From Myxococcales bacterium (lineage in GTDB: Bacteria; Myxococcota; UBA727; JABDBI01), in the NCBI GenBank assembly GCA_023248655.1, contig JAHFEE010000004.1, positions 1 through 34,037 of the forward strand: a stretch of 34,037 bases of DNA. The letters run 5' to 3'. The position numbers were made by a program, and so were the translations under genes. Numbering within the stretch: position 1 is the stretch's first letter; each line of letters starts with the position of its first letter. Under the pieces are notes generated by a model. That model saw nothing but the letters and a program-made list of their open reading frames with translations, had not been told where the DNA came from and ran no database searches. Below are positions 21,642 through 31,341 of this stretch, piece after piece.

Positions 21642-22652
21642 TTAAAATTGACTCAAGAAACGTAGATCATTTTCAAAAAAGAGACGAATATCTGGAATTT
21701 GAAAACGTAACATTGCAATACGTTCAACTCCTATTCCGATAGCAAAACCTGTATATGTCTCAGGATTAATATTAATTCGCTTTAAAACTTTAGGATGCAC
21801 TAGTCCACATCCTAAAATTTCAATCCACCCTGTCTCTCCGCAAAGACGACACCCTGATTGATTACAAAATATACAACTTATATCAACTTCTGCAGAAGGT
21901 TCTGTAAATGGAAAAAAACTAGACCTTAAACGAATCTGTACCTTGTTAGAAAAAAGACGTTTCATGATCAATGTTACCGTTCCCTTAAGATCGGAGAAGG
22001 AAATATTTTTATTCACATGCAAAACCTCAATTTGATGAAACATTGGTGAATGAGTTATATCTTGATCTCTTCGATAAACCTTTCCAAAACAAGCAATTCT
22101 GAATGGAGGATTTTTGAGCGCAAGCATTGCTCTGATTTGAACAGGGCTTGTTTGAGTTCTTAATACAATATTTGGCGCAATGTAAAACGTATCTTGCATC
22201 TCTCTTGCAGGATGATTTTGTGAAATATTCAAAGATTCAAAATTGTAAAAATCATGCTCAATTTCTGGCCCGTGCACAGACTCAAAGCCCAATGTATCCA
22301 ATATGTCCAATATCTCAAACGCAGTTTGAGATATTGGGTGAATACTGCCAAGTTCGTATTTCACTCCAGGAAGCGATACATCAATCTTTTCGCTTAGTGC
22401 TTTATCTCTGGCTTCGGAATCTAATTTTGATCTAGTGCTTTCTAATAAAAACTCAATTTCATTTTTTAATAAGTTAAGTTCTCTTCCTAGTTTTTTTTTC
22501 TCGTCAATTTGAAGCCATTGTATCGATCTAAATAAATTTAAAAGCGCACTTTTTTTTCCCAGTAGATGAACTCTGGCGCCTTCTAAATCATCAAATGTTT
22601 TGCATTGTGAGATGATGTTTTTAAATTCTGATCGAATATCGTCAGGTTGCAT
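21642..22652 (-). CDS. pheS: Phenylalanine--tRNA ligase alpha subunit
   Basis: HPAREMQDTFY, LRTQTSPVQ, HSPMFHQ.E, FPFTEPS, G.ERIAML; start set at ATG 22652. Confidence 0.98.
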   Translation of the reverse strand: MQPDDIRSEFKNIISQCKTFDDLEGARVHLLGKKSALLNLFRSIQWLQIDEKKKLGRELNLLKNEIEFLLESTRSKLDSEARDKALSEKIDVSLPGVKYELGSIHPISQTAFEILDILDTLGFESVHGPEIEHDFYNFESLNISQNHPAREMQDTFYIAPNIVLRTQTSPVQIRAMLALKNPPFRIACFGKVYRRDQDITHSPMFHQIEVLHVNKNISFSDLKGTVTLIMKRLFSNKVQIRLRSSFFPFTEPSAEVDISCIFCNQSGCRLCGETGWIEILGCGLVHPKVLKRININPETYTGFAIGIGVERIAMLRFQIPDIRLFFENDLRFLSQF

Positions 22653-22992
22653 GAACTTTTGAGACCAGCTCAGAAAAGGCAACCTTATCTAAAATTGCAA
22701 GTTCAGATAAAGCGCGACGATTTAATTTGATATTGGCTAATTTCATCTTTCCAATCAATGTGCTGTAATTCATGCCGTATGATCTAATGGCCGCATTTAG
22801 ACGCACAATCCAAAGTCTTCTAAAGGTACGTTTTTTTGTTTTTCTATCACGATACGCATAAACAAGTCCGCGCTCAACGCTTTCGATTGCCGTCCTAAAG
22901 AGCCGATTTCTTGTACCTGTATATCCGGAAGCCAATTTTAAAATACGTTTATGTCGATGACGAGCTTTAAAACCACGAGTTACTCTAGCCAT
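22642..22992 (-). CDS. rplT: 50S ribosomal protein L20
   Basis: MARVTRG, YAYRDR..KKR.FR.LWI.R.NAA. Confidence 0.98.
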   Translation of the reverse strand: MARVTRGFKARHRHKRILKLASGYTGTRNRLFRTAIESVERGLVYAYRDRKTKKRTFRRLWIVRLNAAIRSYGMNYSTLIGKMKLANIKLNRRALSELAILDKVAFSELVSKVHAT

Positions 22993-23063
22993 TTTTCAAT
23001 CCTTTCTTTTAAAGTAATTAAGTTAAACAAGTTAAATGAATAATAAAACATTTTAGATAAATT

Positions 23064-23297
23064 TTAAAATAAATACGGAATAAACCGTCTTATCCTAGCA
23101 GAATCGTGTTTACTCATGTGTCCTGCCTTAAGAAGGCGTCTCTTGTGTTTTCGGTTTTTCGAACTTAAGCAATGTGACTTTCCTTTTGATGGTTTCTTGA
23201 TTAAACCACTGCTTGTAACCGAAACGCGCTTTATCGCCGATCGATTACTTTTAAATTTTGGATTACTTTTGCCTCTTAATTTATTACAGCCTGCCAT
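23064..23297 (-). CDS. rpmI: 50S ribosomal protein L35 with a short N-terminal extension
   Basis: PK.KSNR.A.KR...T.SG..K, H.L..K..K.KRRL, IPY; between infC and rplT. Confidence 0.92.
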   Translation of the reverse strand: MAGCNKLRGKSNPKFKSNRSAIKRVSVTSSGLIKKPSKGKSHCLSSKNRKHKRRLLKAGHMSKHDSARIRRFIPYLF

Positions 23298-23377
23298 AGG
23301 AAATTATATTATCTTCTTTATTTTTTTAAAAATGCAATAGGGAGTAGGCGAATAATTGTTTAGATTTCTTTATTAAT

Positions 23378-23968
23378 TTACTTTTTCTTTTGCGGGCCAA
23401 CAATCATAATAACTTGACGACCTTCAAATTTGGCCGGAGATTCCACAACAGCATCTTCCTGTAATCTGTCAATTACTCTTCTTAGGACCTCAAAGCCAAT
23501 CTCTGGGTGCACAATTTCGCGCCCCCTAAAAGTTACACTTACCTTGCCCTTGTTCCCTTCTTTTAAAAATTCCCGCAATTTGTTAATTTTGACATCGAAA
23601 TCATGGATATCGGTTTTAGGCCGAAACTTAATTTCTTTAAGTTCGATAATTTGCTGTCTTTTTTTTGTTTCGCTGGCATTGCGTCTTTGTTGGTATTTAA
23701 ATTTACCATAATCCATTATTTTGCAAACTGGAGGTCTCGCTGTTGGTGAAACCTCAACTAAATCAAGACCCAGTGATTCTGCTTTGCGCAACGCCTCTGT
23801 GGTTTGAAGCACTCCAAGCTGATCACCGTTTTCCAAAATAACTCTAACTTCCGGTACGCGAATACGTCGATTGACACGTGGCTCTAATTGCTTCTGACGT
23901 AAATTATCTGAATAATTATTATGGAAAGAAGAATTTGGGCGAGTTGATTGTTGATTTGAATAGACGAT
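23378..23968 (-). CDS. infC: Translation initiation factor IF-3, predicted ATC start (196 aa)
   Basis: The frame continues upstream of the ORF-track start through the conserved RVNRRIRVPEVRVI to ATC at 23968-23966, with AGGAG 9 nt upstream; PPVCKIMDYGKFKY, KE.KFRP, FRGRE. Confidence 0.95.
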   Translation of the reverse strand: MVYSNQQSTRPNSSFHNNYSDNLRQKQLEPRVNRRIRVPEVRVILENGDQLGVLQTTEALRKAESLGLDLVEVSPTARPPVCKIMDYGKFKYQQRRNASETKKRQQIIELKEIKFRPKTDIHDFDVKINKLREFLKEGNKGKVSVTFRGREIVHPEIGFEVLRRVIDRLQEDAVVESPAKFEGRQVIMIVGPQKKK

Positions 23969-24103
23969 AAATTAAATCTCCTAATTTTTAATCCGCTTTG
24001 AGTATCTTGCCTTATATTGTACATTTTAGCAAGGGGGATATGACTGAAAATAAAATAAATTGATTTGAATAAATTAGCAATATTGTTTATTAATTATAAA
24101 TTC

Positions 24104-24238
24104 ATGTTTAAAATTTTTAAAAATCCTTTTTTGATTGCTTTTTTGTCTGGAGTCTTTGCGATTCATTTAATTCGAGAATTTGATCAAAATAACACTTATA
24201 CAGCAACTCGACCTATTTTAAGCAAGAATAAGAATTAA
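24104..24238 (+). CDS. Possible 44-aa membrane peptide or gene remnant
   Basis: MFKIFKNPFLIAFLSGVFAIHLIREFDQNNTYTATRPILSKNKN; no clear RBS. Confidence 0.3.
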   Translation: MFKIFKNPFLIAFLSGVFAIHLIREFDQNNTYTATRPILSKNKN

Positions 24239-24371
24239 AAATAAAGATACTATTTTAAATTCAGCGCGCTTCATATAGTTTTTTAATTTAGACATTATTT
24301 GATTCATAGTTGATAACAAGTATATCAATTTTCTAATTCTGAATAAAGATTTTATTTTTAATTTTTATCAA

Positions 24372-27146
24372 TTATTCAGTTTCAAATTCTAAAAGCTGTT
24401 TTATTTCTTCGAGAGTTAAAGAACGTTTTCCAAATTTGTCTGTCAACAACACATTGTCAGCAGTAAGGCGTTTTTTTTCACACAAATTTAGTATTTGTTT
24501 TTCGATACTGTTTTTACAAATAAATTTAACAATATGCACTGTTTTTGTTTGACCTATTCTATGTGCTCGGTCAACGGCTTGATCCATCACTGCTGGATTC
24601 CACCAGGGATCATATTGAATTACGGTATCAGCTTCTGTGAGCGTTATGCCAGTTCCGCCTGCTTTTAGGCTTACAATTATAATTCTCGGACCATTTTTTT
24701 GTTGAAATTTAGATATTACATCAGATCTATTAATCGTTGAGCCATGAAGCCAAAGTACATCATTTATTTGTTTTTCTGATAAGGCTTTTATTAGAATAGA
24801 CTGCATTTTAACAAATTGACTGTAAACAATTATTTTACGATTACAGCTTAGAAATTCTTCAATTTTTTTTAAAAAAAGTTCCAACTTTGCCGAAGGTGCA
24901 TTAGAGTTAATTTTTGGCAACAATCTAGGATCGCAACAAACTTGTCTAAGTTTTGTAATCATTGCCAATAAAGACATAGTATTCATATTGGAAGTTTTTT
25001 CAAATTCCCTATGTGCTACATGAAGAATACTTAAGTAAAGTGTTTTCTGCTGAGGCAAAAAATCACAATAAAGAATATTCTCAATTTTTTTCGGAAGATC
25101 ACTTGCAACATCTTCTTTTTTTCTTCTCATAATAAGTGGTTTTATGCGTCTTTTAAGTTCCAAAGCATGCTCTGGCTTTGAATAACGTTCAACAAATTTG
25201 CGCTCTTTTCCTAAAACACCAGGTGATACAAGTTCCAAGATGCTATACAGATCAGATACACAATTTTCAATCGGTGTTCCGGAAAGTGCAATTTTCTGTT
25301 CTGACTGTATCAAATTAACACACTTCCAGCTTTCAGTTTTTGAATTTTTAACTATTTGAGCCTCATCAATGATCAAGTAACGAAATTTGACATCAGACAA
25401 TTTTTCAATATCGCGTCTCAGTATTGCATAGCTTGTAATTAAAATATCAGCATCTTGGATTTCTTTAGATTTCAAATTACGTTCAGGTCCGTGCAATTTT
25501 ACAATTTTCAAGTTGTTAAAATGCTTTTCAACCTCATCTATCCAAACGTCCAAGACACTTGTTGGTGCTATTACAAGATTTAATTTTTTATTTTCACGTT
25601 CTTTTACTATTGCAATTAATGTTAAAATAATAAGTGTTTTACCAAGACCCATCTCGTCTGCTAAAAGTCTTCCAATTTTTGCTCGATGCAATTGCAACAT
25701 CCATATTAAAGAATCATGTTGATATGGACGTAGCTGGGTCTTGAGTGTGGTTGGAAGAAAATAATCCTCTTTAGTAATTCCGGGTATAAAGTTGGTAAAC
25801 TTTTTAAATAATACTTCTTCCGCAGACAATTCTATATTCAAGGGTGACATATTCGCCAATAGTGCAATTTCAGAAAATTTACGCTCCTTGGCTTGTCCAA
25901 ATTCTTTAATTTCTAGAAATTCGGCAATTGTCTTTATTGATTGAACTGTTTGAGGATCAAAGGTTAAAATTGTATCATCTTCTAAAATTGAGATATTTGA
26001 ATTGGTATTTAGATTATCATTCATCATATCTAAAAGTTTTTCCAACGAAAATTTAAAATCACCAATTGTCAGACTAACGTTTACAAAATCACCTTTTGAT
26101 TCTTGTACTACTAAAATCGGTTTCAATGGTAGTGAGATAATTTGTGGAGCGCAATTTTTATCTATCTTGAGCCAGTTTGGTAAATTATTTGGATTTACGA
26201 TATGTGATAAAAAATTTAATGCAATCGCACCTGTCATCTGGAAGCCATTGTGTTCATTACTTGAAGTAGCACCGAATTCTAAAAGATATTCACGTGCCAA
26301 TTGTTCTTTTTCATTTTGACGCATTACGCACGTATTATCAGTAAACCAAAAAACAGGTTCGCACCGTCTCTTAGAACAAATTTCCACCTCACCTATTTTA
26401 TCTTCTATGGATAATTCGTTAATTAAGTGAAGTCTAATGTTGTTATTTTTATTCAGTATCATCCTTAGCATGATTTGTGATTTTGGTTCTTTTGCAACTG
26501 TTTGTAAGCAATTTATATCTATACCAACTCTGGCAATTTCTGAAAATATAGAATTAAATTCGTTATTAAATTTATTACCTTGATATTCCATATCGGTAAG
26601 AGGCAGTTTTACTAAAAGAATTTTCTCTAATTCCAGTGGTACAAGAAATGGTTCTAAGGCATAAAATGATAAATTTTGATCCAGAATAAAAGCTCTATCG
26701 GTGCCAATTATGGATTGTATATCTAAAATTTTGCCTGACTGGTTTATGATATGGAATTGTAAAATTTGATCACTTAAAAATGCTTTTAATAATGCAGGCT
26801 CACGATTGAAGGTTACCATGCCTTTATTTTTAATTTCGATATCTAAATCATTTGCAAGACAAAATATGTTAAGTATCTGATTTGAGCTTAAAATATAAAC
26901 ATCTTTTTTTGCTGAAAATGCAACAGAATTTAAAAATATACGAATTGCGATTTGTTGACGAGGCGAAAGATATATTTGTTGATCAAGAATTTTTCCGGGC
27001 TCAGTGACTGGATTTGCATATTGATCGACATATAGTTCAGCCAAGCACCGTCCCTCTTGTTTGGGAAAATCGTGAAGCAATATTTTAATTGCGATAGAAT
27101 TCGGTTTAAATATAGTAGATAAATAAGGCCAAGACAATTTTGTCAC
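24372..27146 (-). CDS. SNF2-family helicase/ATPase
   Basis: LRPYQ, LLADEMGLGKT, IIDEAQ..KN, LSGTPIEN, SLKAGGTG.TL, DPWWNPA..QA.DRAHRIGQ; GTGA overlap with tsaB. Confidence 0.95.
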   Translation of the reverse strand: MTKLSWPYLSTIFKPNSIAIKILLHDFPKQEGRCLAELYVDQYANPVTEPGKILDQQIYLSPRQQIAIRIFLNSVAFSAKKDVYILSSNQILNIFCLANDLDIEIKNKGMVTFNREPALLKAFLSDQILQFHIINQSGKILDIQSIIGTDRAFILDQNLSFYALEPFLVPLELEKILLVKLPLTDMEYQGNKFNNEFNSIFSEIARVGIDINCLQTVAKEPKSQIMLRMILNKNNNIRLHLINELSIEDKIGEVEICSKRRCEPVFWFTDNTCVMRQNEKEQLAREYLLEFGATSSNEHNGFQMTGAIALNFLSHIVNPNNLPNWLKIDKNCAPQIISLPLKPILVVQESKGDFVNVSLTIGDFKFSLEKLLDMMNDNLNTNSNISILEDDTILTFDPQTVQSIKTIAEFLEIKEFGQAKERKFSEIALLANMSPLNIELSAEEVLFKKFTNFIPGITKEDYFLPTTLKTQLRPYQHDSLIWMLQLHRAKIGRLLADEMGLGKTLIILTLIAIVKERENKKLNLVIAPTSVLDVWIDEVEKHFNNLKIVKLHGPERNLKSKEIQDADILITSYAILRRDIEKLSDVKFRYLIIDEAQIVKNSKTESWKCVNLIQSEQKIALSGTPIENCVSDLYSILELVSPGVLGKERKFVERYSKPEHALELKRRIKPLIMRRKKEDVASDLPKKIENILYCDFLPQQKTLYLSILHVAHREFEKTSNMNTMSLLAMITKLRQVCCDPRLLPKINSNAPSAKLELFLKKIEEFLSCNRKIIVYSQFVKMQSILIKALSEKQINDVLWLHGSTINRSDVISKFQQKNGPRIIIVSLKAGGTGITLTEADTVIQYDPWWNPAVMDQAVDRAHRIGQTKTVHIVKFICKNSIEKQILNLCEKKRLTADNVLLTDKFGKRSLTLEEIKQLLEFETE

Positions 27147-27667
27147 CAGTTACTTCTAATATAATTTGGTACCAAATTCAATGTTTCATCATAAGCTTTT
27201 TCTGGTAGTAGTTTTGCTAAATTTTCCGCACTTGGACCATGAATTTCCAAATAGGTGTTCGAATAAGGCGTATTAACAATTTCAAAAACATTTTCTTTTA
27301 TTTTCCAGCTATAAAAATTTGAATTTTTAGCCTTCAATGCTATGAAATCACAATTATTAGAATTCATTCCTGCAAAAGTATTTAATCCAATTAACGGAAT
27401 ACCTGTTGCAATTGCCAATCCCTTTGAAAAAGCTAATCCAATACGTATTCCGGTAAAAGACCCAGGACCGGTTCCTACGGCAATTGCATAAATATCTTTT
27501 ATTTTAAGACGGACCTTGTTCAAGCAATACTCAACTGTTTCCGATAACATATCCCCATGCTGTTTGCTATCACTCATATAACTTGAAATAATTACGTTGT
27601 TTCTATCAGAAAGAGCAACGACTCCTCTAGGACATGATGTATCTAATATTAACCAAATTTTATGCAT
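27143..27667 (-). CDS. tsaB: t6A37 biosynthesis protein TsaB, shortened
   Basis: L.LDTS, H..ML, IAVG.GPGSFTG.RIG, C-terminal L.P.Y.R; start set at ATG 27667. Confidence 0.92.
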   Translation of the reverse strand: MHKIWLILDTSCPRGVVALSDRNNVIISSYMSDSKQHGDMLSETVEYCLNKVRLKIKDIYAIAVGTGPGSFTGIRIGLAFSKGLAIATGIPLIGLNTFAGMNSNNCDFIALKAKNSNFYSWKIKENVFEIVNTPYSNTYLEIHGPSAENLAKLLPEKAYDETLNLVPNYIRSNW

Positions 27668-27984
27668 AATTTTACTCTTTATGATATTCTTGCTTAACAA
27701 TACTCTCACTTAAAATTAATCACAATATTTATTTAAACATTATTGCCGATATCCAAGTGTATGAATAGCAAAATTTAATTCAATTACTTATGATGTCGTG
27801 TTTAATGCATTTTATTGTTAAAAATTAAAAAAATTAGTCATTTACTTATTTATTTATTGATACCTATGTAAATCATGCTTTCAAAATCTAACATTTTGAA
27901 CTTGAAATTTTATAGAGGTTTTCGAACTTTATTGCAGGTGCAGTTGTTTACTTTTTAAAACGATGATTATTATATGTTGCCAGT

Positions 27985-30537
27985 ATGCAAATTAACGAAA
28001 TGACAGCACGACTAAGAGAGGCACTTGAAATTGCTAAAAATTTATGCTCTCTCAATAAGCAGCAACAACTTTCTCTTCTTCATTTACTTCAAGCTTTAAT
28101 GAGTCAGCAAAATACTTTAATTTCAAGTATATTTTCAAGTATAGGAATAGATACAAAAAAACTTTCAGTGGATCTTAAGCTCCAAATTGACAACGAGCCT
28201 AAAGTTCTAGGTCAAGAATTTGCAAATGTTTACATAGCACCTAGTGTATCAAAAGTATTAGACCGGGCATCAATAATTGCACAGAGATTAGGTGATAATT
28301 TTATCTCAGTAGAAGCAACCTTGCTTGCCCTAAGTGAAACGGGAATAACTAAAATAATACTAGAACGCAACGGAATAACCAGCAAGGATATAGAAAATGC
28401 TATTTTGAAATTACGCAATGGGGCAAGGGTTGTTGATGAATTTCCTGAATCCAAAACAGACACATTAAACAAATATACAAGAAGTCTTACAAAAGATGCG
28501 CGTAATGGAAAATTGGACCCCGTAATAGGAAGAGATGATGAAATTCGAAGGACTATGCAGGTCTTAAGCAGAAGATCAAAGAATAATCCAGTGCTCATCG
28601 GTGAGCCGGGAGTTGGGAAAACAGCAATAGTTGAGGGAATTGCTCTTAGAATTGCTCACGATGATGTGCCGGAAACATTAAAAGAAAAGGAATTAATTTG
28701 TTTAGACCTTGGTGCATTAATTGCTGGGACAAAGTACAGAGGGGAATTTGAAGACAGGTTAAAAGCCCTTTTGAGGGAACTGCAGAACGGAGAAGATAAA
28801 TATATTCTGATTATCGATGAATTACATATGCTTGTTGGGGCTGGTGGATCTGACGGGAGCATAGATGCCAGTAATATGTTGAAACCTGCACTAGCAAGAG
28901 GTGAGCTGCGCTGCATTGGGGCAACAACATTAGGCGAATATCAAAAATATATAGAAAAAGATTCAGCTCTAGAACGTCGTTTCCAGCCAGTTTACGTAAC
29001 TCAGCCAAGTGTAGAAGATGCAATAAGCATACTGAGAGGGTTAAAGGAACGTTACGAATCACACCACGGAATAAGGATAACAGATGGAGCTATTGTTTCC
29101 GCTTGCACGCTTTCAAATAGATATATAACCGGTCGTCAATTGCCGGATAAGGCAATCGATTTAATGGACGAAGCGGCAAGTGCTTTAAAAATGCAAATAG
29201 AATCATCCCCAATTCAATTGGATGAAATAGAACGTTTAATAACTCGTTTAGAGGTAGCGCGTCAGGCACTTATACGTGAAAACGACACTCAAAGTAAACA
29301 GCATCTAAAAGAAGTTGAGACGGAAATTTCTAAAAAGAAAGAAGAAGCAAGAAAGCTCAAGGATCAATGGTTCAAGGAAAAAAAACGTTTATTGGAAAGA
29401 AAAAACACACAAATCCTAATTGAAAAAATAAAATACGAAATTGAAGCTGAGCAACGTAAGGGTGATTTTGAGCATGCCGCAAGGCTTCAATATGGGGATT
29501 TGTTTGATTTAGAAAAAAAATTAAAAGAATCTTCAAGTAATACATTGCCAAGTTTTTTAAGAGAAGAAGTAACAGAAGAAGATATTGCCGACATAGTATC
29601 AAAATGGACCGGCATTCCAGTTAAAAAAATGCTAGAAACAGAAACAGATAAGCTTTTAAAAATGGAAAAACGCCTCGGGGAACGTGTTGTTGGTCAGCAA
29701 GAGGCTATCTTGGCGGTAAGTAATTCTATAAGAAGAAGCAGGACAGGTCTTTCTGATGAAAAAAAACCACTTGGAAGTTTTTTCTTTTTAGGGCCAACCG
29801 GAGTAGGAAAAACAGAACTTGCGCGCGCATTGGCCGAATTTCTCTTTGATGATGAAGGTGCGATGATTCGTTTAGACATGTCTGAATATATGGAGAAGCA
29901 TACGGTATCTAGATTTATAGGAGCTCCGCCAGGATATGTGGGGTACGAGGAAGGTGGGCAATTAACTGAAGCAATCAGAAGAAGACCTTATTCAGTTATT
30001 TTGTTAGATGAAATAGAAAAAGCAAATCCGGAAATATGTAATGTTCTTTTGCAATTATTGGATGAGGGTCGTCTTACTGATGGTCAAGGAAGAATTGTTG
30101 ATTTTAGAAATACAATCATATTGATGACCAGCAATATAGGAAGTCAATATCTCCTAGAGGGGATAACACAAATTGCACAAGAGCAAGTTTTTAGAGAATT
30201 AAAAAATAATTTCAAACCTGAATTTCTAAACCGAATAGATGAAATTATCATGTTTCACGGTTTAAGTAAGCAAGATCTCAAATTCATTATCGATATTCAG
30301 TTGGGCATGGCCGAAAAACGTCTTAGTTATAGAGATCTAAAATTGCAAATTTCTGAAGATGTCAAATTTGCGTTGATAGAATTCGGTTATGATCAAACTT
30401 ATGGGGCAAGACCTTTAAAGCGTGCAATACAACACAAAATATTGGACCCAATAGCAAAACATTTGCTGGATGGCAAGTATGTCAATGGAAGTACAATAAA
30501 AATTACGTTAGTTAATGGAGTGATCACTTGCAACTGA
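27985..30537 (+). CDS. clpB: ATP-dependent chaperone ClpB
   Basis: Two AAA+ domains (GEPGVGKT, GPTGVGKT), long middle coiled coil with AARLQYG, GARPLKR. Confidence 0.97.
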   Translation: MQINEMTARLREALEIAKNLCSLNKQQQLSLLHLLQALMSQQNTLISSIFSSIGIDTKKLSVDLKLQIDNEPKVLGQEFANVYIAPSVSKVLDRASIIAQRLGDNFISVEATLLALSETGITKIILERNGITSKDIENAILKLRNGARVVDEFPESKTDTLNKYTRSLTKDARNGKLDPVIGRDDEIRRTMQVLSRRSKNNPVLIGEPGVGKTAIVEGIALRIAHDDVPETLKEKELICLDLGALIAGTKYRGEFEDRLKALLRELQNGEDKYILIIDELHMLVGAGGSDGSIDASNMLKPALARGELRCIGATTLGEYQKYIEKDSALERRFQPVYVTQPSVEDAISILRGLKERYESHHGIRITDGAIVSACTLSNRYITGRQLPDKAIDLMDEAASALKMQIESSPIQLDEIERLITRLEVARQALIRENDTQSKQHLKEVETEISKKKEEARKLKDQWFKEKKRLLERKNTQILIEKIKYEIEAEQRKGDFEHAARLQYGDLFDLEKKLKESSSNTLPSFLREEVTEEDIADIVSKWTGIPVKKMLETETDKLLKMEKRLGERVVGQQEAILAVSNSIRRSRTGLSDEKKPLGSFFFLGPTGVGKTELARALAEFLFDDEGAMIRLDMSEYMEKHTVSRFIGAPPGYVGYEEGGQLTEAIRRRPYSVILLDEIEKANPEICNVLLQLLDEGRLTDGQGRIVDFRNTIILMTSNIGSQYLLEGITQIAQEQVFRELKNNFKPEFLNRIDEIIMFHGLSKQDLKFIIDIQLGMAEKRLSYRDLKLQISEDVKFALIEFGYDQTYGARPLKRAIQHKILDPIAKHLLDGKYVNGSTIKITLVNGVITCN

Positions 30538-30597
30538 AATTAAATGTTTTAATGCAAAATCGCAAATTTGGTAATTGATAGTGCATGTGATTAATTT

Positions 30598-30966
30598 TTA
30601 GTTTAAAATTATGAGTGTTTCATTATCCTTTATTAATACTTTATTGTTCCTCGCAAATGATTCTAAATAAGAATCAGAATGAAGCGTGTTCCCATAAAGA
30701 ATTGCAATTTCCTTTTTTAACTCAAACAAATTATCTTCCAATAATTGTGTTTTATGTTCTAGTATTATTTTTTTTGTACAAACATGCAGATAATCTAGCA
30801 AGGTCAAGGAATTAAATGTCACATGTGCGAAAATATAAAAACTTGCAATAAATAGAGATAATATATAATACTGAGGCTTGATGACATTTAGTGCTCTTAA
30901 TAACGGTGTCTTGAGTAATCTTATTACGCCGTAGCATCTTTTTATAGTATTTAATATTCTTAACAC
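30598..30966 (-). CDS. FtsB/DivIC-like septum formation initiator
   Basis: Basic N-tail, one TM helix, leucine-zipper coiled coil, YLE.FAR....IK..E C-terminal motif; start uncertain. Confidence 0.7.
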   Translation of the reverse strand: MLRILNTIKRCYGVIRLLKTPLLRALNVIKPQYYILSLFIASFYIFAHVTFNSLTLLDYLHVCTKKIILEHKTQLLEDNLFELKKEIAILYGNTLHSDSYLESFARNNKVLIKDNETLIILN

Positions 30967-31009
30967 TTAATGTTTTAAATGTGTAATTAAAAGAATGCTT
31001 GTGTTGCTG

Positions 31010-31285
31010 CTAATCTAGATTAATAAATGGCAATAATCCAATAAGTCTTGCTTTTTTTATTGCCTTACTGGCCTTTCTTTGATTTTTGGAAGTAAGCCCC
31101 GATCTTCTTCCTGGAAGAATTCTGCCTTCTTGTGAAATAAACCTTCGCAATATATCTGCATTTTTGTAATCAATTGAAATTCCATTTTGAATAAAAAAAT
31201 CAGCTAAACGTTTTTTTGTTTTTGTTTGGATAATTATATTCTTTTGAGTAGCTAACATATCCTCTGTGATAGAAAAATTTGTCAT
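31010..31285 (-). CDS. rpsR: 30S ribosomal protein S18 (no Cys)
   Basis: IDYKN..L..FIS..G.ILP.R.SG....QR....IK.AR..GLLPF. Confidence 0.96.
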   Translation of the reverse strand: MTNFSITEDMLATQKNIIIQTKTKKRLADFFIQNGISIDYKNADILRRFISQEGRILPGRRSGLTSKNQRKASKAIKKARLIGLLPFINLD

Positions 31286-31293
31286 AGATACCC

Positions 31294-31322
31294 TTAGTAG
31301 CTGATCTGAAATAATTTGACAA
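31294..31322 (-). promoter_or_regulatory. Candidate promoter for rpsR (near-leaderless)
   Basis: TTGTCA-N17-TACTAA, 8 nt before the ATG. Confidence 0.45.
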
Positions 31323-31341
31323 GAGTTTGTATTTTAAACAA

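Noticed and set aside
27710-27984. Heat-shock regulatory site before clpB
   Set aside because: CTTGAAA at 27901 has no matching sigma32 -10 element, and there is no CIRCE repeat.
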